DNA from: Capnocytophaga sp.
GTDB taxonomy: Bacteria; Bacteroidota; Bacteroidia; Flavobacteriales; Flavobacteriaceae
Assembly (NCBI GenBank): GCA_030523915.1
Contig: JAUNHN010000001.1
Location: 1-62,217, forward strand
Length of the DNA stretch: 62,217 nucleotides
Direction: 5' to 3'
Under the pieces are notes generated by a model. It was not told where the DNA came from. It did not search any database and saw only the letters and a list, made by a program, of their open reading frames with translations. Positions within the stretch are counted from its first letter, which is position 1. The number at the start of each line of letters is the position of its first letter. Shown one piece after another: positions 57,701 through 62,217 of this stretch. Position numbers and translations under genes: made by a program.

Positions 57701-59325
57701 CAGCTGCTATTTTGCAAGGTTCAGGACCTAATCCTTATTGGATACGAGGATATCTCGGAGGCTATTACAATCTACTTGGAGGTATGGTAAAAGGAAGATT
57801 CCGATTTAAAATGGAATTTGGCGAAAAATGCGACCCTGTTTCTGAAGGTGTTTTAGACGGAATGAAGATAATCACAGATGTTTCACCAGGGGATAATCAC
57901 AAAGAGGTAGATGTGTTTATAAAGCCTCAAGCTACTTTTGCATTGCAGGTAGGACAGCCAGTTACTATACCTGAAGAGGATGGCGAGCATACTTACAGAG
58001 TGCTTGTAGATAAATTTGAAGTTATTTCAGTCAAAGATAATACCGTTGTTGCAGGAAAAGAAGTGCCAGGAGCTACCGCTGATGTAGTAAACTTTGAGCC
58101 TTTTGAAACCCTTGCTCCAAATCAGCAATACAAGGTTCGAGTAACGGTAAGTTTTCAAGAATATAAATCGGGAAGCTATCAAACAGTAATGGTTAATGGA
58201 AAAAAAGCAGTAGAAGTAGAAGAAAGAACCTTCACCACAGGGTTAGCTCCTACCTATATTCCTGAACACAATATTGAATACGCATATCCCGTATTAAAAC
58301 AACAAAATTTTTATAAACAACAAAGCCCAATAGGGTATATTCAGCTAAAACAAGGACAATCTTACCTATTTGAAAGTACGAATTGGAATACACAAGTACA
58401 GTTTGTTCCCGATGTAGGTGAGCCGATACATACAGATTTTAGCTATAATCAAGGTCAAAGAAGAGTTTCCTTTACGATACCTGATTTGCTTTTGCAGAAG
58501 AATTATACATTGCGTATAATCAGTAAGAGTAAACAAGCAAGTGCTTCTGTTACTAATCCAGTAGCAACACAGAAAACTCCTATAAAAGCAGTTGAAGGAT
58601 ATTATGATGATAAAGAGGAAGAAACTTCGTATACTTTCCGTAATAATAAAGCTCAAGCCCAAGCAAGTGATGGAGAAGCAGAACGCCTCAAATATGATTT
58701 TAGAACAAGTAAGTACACGACTTTTCAACAAAAAATACAAACCTTTAAGTTACGCCATACGTGGGATAAACCTAAAGGAAGTAGTGATGTGGTTTTTCTT
58801 CTGAATGAAATGAACGCAGATGAAGTTATGGACTTGATAGAAATCGAAGGTTCAGAATTTACACAGCATACACCTTTGCTTCAAGTGGAAGCGATGTTGG
58901 ATGATTCTTATGCGGCATTTTTCAAAAAATATATATACGATGATAAACAGGCATTGGAAGTCGTTAAGAGCTATAATAGAAAAGACGAACATCGCGAAAG
59001 TATAGGTTTTCCTCCGAAAAAGTCAATCGCTTTACTTGAATCATATCCTTTGCGATTAAGAAACGGTAGCTACGACACGTATTTATTAACAGCGTTCCCG
59101 TATCGTTATAATACTTTATTATATTATAAACGCGATTGGAGTATTCTGGAAACACAATACGCTAATATGAGTTTAAAACAACGAACACCAAAAATGGAAG
59201 AGGTTATTAAAACACTATTTCCACCAGTTCCTATTGGAGAACAATTTAATGCAGTAATTCATTATATATTACCTGGGCAGAAGACGCCTAACCAGTCTGT
59301 TTTATATTATTATAAATTTCAATGA
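54739..59325 (+). CDS. Uncharacterised large exported beta-rich protein (1528 aa) with C-terminal Ig-like domains
   Basis: ATGA overlap with the upstream gene; signal peptide (VNA|Q); about 1000 aa of Gly/aromatic beta-strand sequence; Big_5-like segment ITDVSPGDNHKEVDVFIKPQATF...FEPFETLAPNQQYKVRV. Confidence 0.75.
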   Translation: MKAYKHLIYNVIYSMLLFLVIAFDVNAQDTDATSSQEQQQAASVFAKGKWTSSLTSEQLTELPVGIRENKNSVEYALLMTKARFTPQHALIDLYARITVPDANSSTGKRELYFGAKEVKMSYQGQLFGDVKLILLGSVGIQFGDNWSLRLQGGHFDKETGNSQEGKTFVVVNCDGVKEISLHGKLRISDQIVVPLDANGKVIPNAFVETDVVVGLTDWNDLLLEVNLPDFAIAEQVKNADRGYFGFSVNNAVLDMSDSRNSNLVSFPEEYVKEGYLSMGQELWRGFYMQNVRVILPEEFKTRSDKRLIVSAEHFILDEYGVSGKFAVENVFPLEEGTTGGDGGWAYSLDKLAISLTASRITGGALQGLIRLPIQKEASTLAYTGEINNDDYLFQIQSMGDIRFDIWNAQATLDKSSYIEMKVKDKKFLPKMVLNGKMNISGGKVSTDSKAKPEENSKSLQFKDITFQGLTLQTQTPLISVDYMGFKGEQRLANFPISIKEVSFGFQEKRADLAFGVRVGLQEERFSAEGRVVIKAAMKEDQGHRYWAYEGFDVSQLQLKNVDVGVAVVSGSLQIMNNDPIYGEGFKADLEAKINALNAKVGMNAVFGHKDFRYWGFEGKVEGLKIQASFIQITGFVGGAYYRMKPDFAREVALDSVAKSRAWNLTPDKTVGLGLKAGILGGILNENAVSIMAVFNMETNAGGGLSRVGFEGSAVVMASFDKLIPGAEKLTELQKSTTDKLSKMDFSGKMNDKVKTFLDTSPPSQSVTSNFLGEEYSKKSPINAFMNMHYDFNAKSFHANMEVYVNIAGGLLKGVGNNGKAGWAEIHVSDKDKYIHIGTPKDMIGLKINFLGMELTNKSYFMAGTKVLDSPPPPQRVANILGMKLNDLNYMKHLNTFSTGRGFAFGSHFDFSSGDMTAAFLYANFNVGLGADLMLRNYENVECNGRSGEIGINGWYANGQVYVFLEGELGIKIKLFFVRKKIPIIKAGAAAILQGSGPNPYWIRGYLGGYYNLLGGMVKGRFRFKMEFGEKCDPVSEGVLDGMKIITDVSPGDNHKEVDVFIKPQATFALQVGQPVTIPEEDGEHTYRVLVDKFEVISVKDNTVVAGKEVPGATADVVNFEPFETLAPNQQYKVRVTVSFQEYKSGSYQTVMVNGKKAVEVEERTFTTGLAPTYIPEHNIEYAYPVLKQQNFYKQQSPIGYIQLKQGQSYLFESTNWNTQVQFVPDVGEPIHTDFSYNQGQRRVSFTIPDLLLQKNYTLRIISKSKQASASVTNPVATQKTPIKAVEGYYDDKEEETSYTFRNNKAQAQASDGEAERLKYDFRTSKYTTFQQKIQTFKLRHTWDKPKGSSDVVFLLNEMNADEVMDLIEIEGSEFTQHTPLLQVEAMLDDSYAAFFKKYIYDDKQALEVVKSYNRKDEHRESIGFPPKKSIALLESYPLRLRNGSYDTYLLTAFPYRYNTLLYYKRDWSILETQYANMSLKQRTPKMEEVIKTLFPPVPIGEQFNAVIHYILPGQKTPNQSVLYYYKFQ

Positions 59326-59337
59326 TTTAATTGATTT

Positions 59338-61419
59338 ATGTACAGAATAAACCATATCATAAAAGTAGCCGTTTTTGTATTTGCACTACCGATGTTCTCT
59401 CAGCAAGAACAAGCACAAATACAACTGAAAACCTATGTAGAAAAATCGCAAATAAAGTTACGTTGGGCTGTAAACGAACCTCTGGCGTGGCGTAAAGCTA
59501 ACGAACGTACATTTGTGTTAGAACGTTACACTTTGATGCGAGAGGGGAAAATATTGGATATTCCTGAACAGAAAGTATTGGGCGAATTTCAAATTCCTCA
59601 AACAGCTCTCTGGGAAAAGAAAATAGAAGAAAATGATTATGCTGCCGTGATAGGACAGGCTTTATTTGGAGAAACTTTTGAAATGGATTTGTCCAAAAGT
59701 AACAATCCTATTGAAGGAATTTCCAATAAAAGTCAAGAGGTAGAACAGCGTTTTTCTTTTGCGTTAATGGCAGCCGATATGGATTTTGACATCGCTTGTT
59801 TTGTGGGTTGGGGATATACTGATACGAACATTCGTTCTAATGAGAAGTACTTGTACAAAATATTTCTTAAAGAAGACCCTACTAAGCCAATTCTTTCTAT
59901 AACCGAAGGGATAAGCCTTGCCGATACATCACAAGTTACGCAATTGCCTGAACCGTTAGATTTTATGGTGTTTTTCAAGGATAAAGCAGCACTGCTTTCG
60001 TGGAATCACACACTTTTGCAAGATGTGTATAACACTTATTTTATAGAGCGTTCTGATGATGGAGGTAGTACATTTAAGCCAGTTTCTTCCTTGCCACTTT
60101 CAGCTCTTACTCAGTCAGAGAGACCTTCGCAGTACACGATGCACCAAGATTCGTTGCCTTATAATAATTACACGTACCATTATAGAATGCGTGGTAAAAA
60201 TATTTTTGGCGAGTACGGTCCTTATTCGCAGGTACTTACAGGGCAGGGCAAAGAAGAACTCACCAATACTGCTCAGCTTGTTTTCTCAGATATTGCTCAA
60301 GACGAAACTGTGCTATTACGTTGGGAATATCCACAACACAAGGAGCATAATGTAAAACACTTTGAGTTGTTACACGCCCCTACAAATACACCCGAAGCCT
60401 TTAAAGTAATCCAATCCAATATAAAACCTTCACAGCGGAGTATCGTAACAAAAAGCATCACTCCTGCCAATTACTTTAAAATAAGAACTGTATCAATATC
60501 AGGTAACCAAACCGACTCGTTTTCCGTTCTGGTACAAGCCGATGATAGCACACCACCAAATCAGGTCGAAGAACTCAAAGGAGCGATTGACTCACTGGGT
60601 AGAGTACGTCTTTTTTGGAAGCAAAATAATGAGCTTGATTTGGAAGGATATCACATCTTCCGAAAAGAAAATGCTAATGAGGAAATGACACGCATTACTC
60701 CCCAAGCCATTACAAATAATTTTGCGACAGACACAATACAGCTTACCAATCTGAATAATAAAGTATGGTATTACGTTACAGCTACAGATTTGCGTAAGAA
60801 TCAGTCGCAACCTTCTCGTGTTTTGGAGCTAACCAAACCAGATAAAATCATACCATTATCACCTATTTTTACACATCACACTACGGATAATTTAGGCAGA
60901 GTGGTATTGCAATGGCAACAAAGTTCCAGTGATGATGTAGAGAGCTATCATTTATACAGAGCTGAAAATGAGCAATGGAATGAAATTTTTAAAATCAAAG
61001 CAGGCAAAGCTACGTACGAATACAAAGATGATAAGGTAGAAGCAGGTAAGACGTACACCTATATGCTTAAAGCTCAGGATAAAAGTCGCTTGTGGTCGAA
61101 CCCATCTCCTACGATACGTGTCAAAGCTCCTTCTTCAGCCAAGTTGGATAGGGGTATCCGTCAGCTTAAAGCACATCGAAGCAGTTCTGGAATTGCCTTA
61201 CAATGGGAGGAAGCACACCCTAACATAGCTTATATAGATGTTTACAGAAAGATAAACGATGAGAAACCTACGCTTTGGCGAACTGTAAAGCAAGGAGTTA
61301 CTCAGTTGCAGGATACAGCTTTGGATGCCACAACGGTAGAATACCAATTCAAAACCGTTACCATCGACAAAAAGGTACTCAAAATAGAAAAGATAATAGT
61401 AACACAACAAAACAACTAA
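59338..61419 (+). CDS. Exported fibronectin type III domain protein
   Basis: Signal peptide (MFS|Q); repeated FN3 signatures (LLSW..YFIERS..YHYRMRG; RLFWKQN..GYHIFR..YYVTATD; LQWQQS..YHLYR..YTYMLKAQD). Confidence 0.8.
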   Translation: MYRINHIIKVAVFVFALPMFSQQEQAQIQLKTYVEKSQIKLRWAVNEPLAWRKANERTFVLERYTLMREGKILDIPEQKVLGEFQIPQTALWEKKIEENDYAAVIGQALFGETFEMDLSKSNNPIEGISNKSQEVEQRFSFALMAADMDFDIACFVGWGYTDTNIRSNEKYLYKIFLKEDPTKPILSITEGISLADTSQVTQLPEPLDFMVFFKDKAALLSWNHTLLQDVYNTYFIERSDDGGSTFKPVSSLPLSALTQSERPSQYTMHQDSLPYNNYTYHYRMRGKNIFGEYGPYSQVLTGQGKEELTNTAQLVFSDIAQDETVLLRWEYPQHKEHNVKHFELLHAPTNTPEAFKVIQSNIKPSQRSIVTKSITPANYFKIRTVSISGNQTDSFSVLVQADDSTPPNQVEELKGAIDSLGRVRLFWKQNNELDLEGYHIFRKENANEEMTRITPQAITNNFATDTIQLTNLNNKVWYYVTATDLRKNQSQPSRVLELTKPDKIIPLSPIFTHHTTDNLGRVVLQWQQSSSDDVESYHLYRAENEQWNEIFKIKAGKATYEYKDDKVEAGKTYTYMLKAQDKSRLWSNPSPTIRVKAPSSAKLDRGIRQLKAHRSSSGIALQWEEAHPNIAYIDVYRKINDEKPTLWRTVKQGVTQLQDTALDATTVEYQFKTVTIDKKVLKIEKIIVTQQNN

Positions 61420-61423
61420 AAAT

Positions 61424-62217
61424 ATGAAAAAAATAATACGACTACTCATTATTTTAATTAGTATGACTACTTTTCAGTCGGTACAGGGGCAGTATGTGAA
61501 TCAAGAAAAAATATCACATTATAATAACTTTGTGTTATCTCCACATACAAATGAAGGATTGATGACTCATTATCAATATTGGGATAATATAAATGGGTAT
61601 CTTAAGTTAAAAGAAGAATATTTAGCGGAGAATCATTACTATTTATCAGCTGTTATTTCCTCTATTTCTAACACAATGGGGATATATTCATATAAAGATG
61701 TTAGTTTTGTTGGATTATCAGGTTTAAGAAAAATATCTTTTTATTCACTTAATGATAAATATTTATTTATAGGAGAATTAAGACGCTATTCAGAGTTTTA
61801 TATAAAAATAGATTTCATTGAAAACAATACGGGAGGGATAGATACTTGTTATACAACGTTGGACGGAGATTTCGAAAATGAACGTTACTTTAATAGCAGT
61901 TATAATAGAGAATTTCGTATTAAATACATCAATATTCCCATTCATATCCCATTAAAACCTGAGGAAAATAATACCTATTTACCAATTGAAGAAAAGATAA
62001 AGATTTATGGTAGGGTATTTTTAGCATCTCCGATAGAAATAAAAGATGACATTTACAATTATCAATATCGTTTTTCGGGAGAGCCTGAGACAGCTTGGAA
62101 GGATTTTAAGCGAGGCGGAGTTCAAGGCGGTACTAATTCTTTAGGAGAGTCAAGAGCTACGATAGAAATCTCCGCCAGTGATGTATTTGGTAGTATAGAA
62201 GAGGCTACTAAACATAT
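61424..62217 (+). CDS. Exported protein, truncated by the window end
   Basis: Absent from the ORF track (no stop). ATG 4 nt after the FN3 gene stop; MKKIIRLLIILISMTTFQSVQG|QYVNQ...; the frame stays open for 264 codons to the end. Confidence 0.8.
   Translation, partial: MKKIIRLLIILISMTTFQSVQGQYVNQEKISHYNNFVLSPHTNEGLMTHYQYWDNINGYLKLKEEYLAENHYYLSAVISSISNTMGIYSYKDVSFVGLSGLRKISFYSLNDKYLFIGELRRYSEFYIKIDFIENNTGGIDTCYTTLDGDFENERYFNSSYNREFRIKYINIPIHIPLKPEENNTYLPIEEKIKIYGRVFLASPIEIKDDIYNYQYRFSGEPETAWKDFKRGGVQGGTNSLGESRATIEISASDVFGSIEEATKH

Noticed and set aside
24015-61500. Gln immediately after nearly every predicted signal-peptidase I site
   Set aside because: This is the established Bacteroidota pyroglutamate (Q-rule) pattern; used only as support for export.
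1-62217. tRNA, rRNA, transposase, integrase or prophage genes
   Set aside because: None recognised by eye; small structured RNAs cannot be excluded without a covariance-model search.

Overview
AT-rich Flavobacteriaceae DNA, most consistent with Capnocytophaga (inferred from gene content, TAnnTTTG promoters and gld/spr/por genes; not database-verified). Four blocks. (1) 1-17.7 kb, minus strand: a surface-polysaccharide locus. It carries ugd, Uma2, an epimerase, a legionaminic-acid-like pathway with no aminotransferase or N-acetyltransferase in the window, an ATP-grasp/HAD pair, KpsS-like and GT17-like transferases, an MBOAT O-acyltransferase frameshifted at a G17 tract, its SGNH-like partner broken by two in-frame stops, and a Wzx flippase running off the left edge. 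(2) 17.9-30.7 kb: a housekeeping mosaic (VcINDY-like DASS transporter, metallophosphoesterase, LRR lipoprotein, gldBC, HMG-CoA reductase, esterase-fold/TPR protein, radA, an unannotated 43-aa membrane protein, a sigma-54 activator, a PepSY-TM/flavodoxin/FNR fusion). (3) 31.1-52.2 kb: the gliding adhesin operon sprC-sprD-sprB (5055 aa) followed by porV. (4) 52.3 kb to the end: a separately promoted operon of large exported proteins (predicted beta-barrel, 1528-aa beta-rich protein, FN3 protein, truncated fourth gene) that I cannot assign to a characterised system; this is the best candidate for an undescribed surface apparatus. All family calls come from motif recognition by eye; no searches were run.
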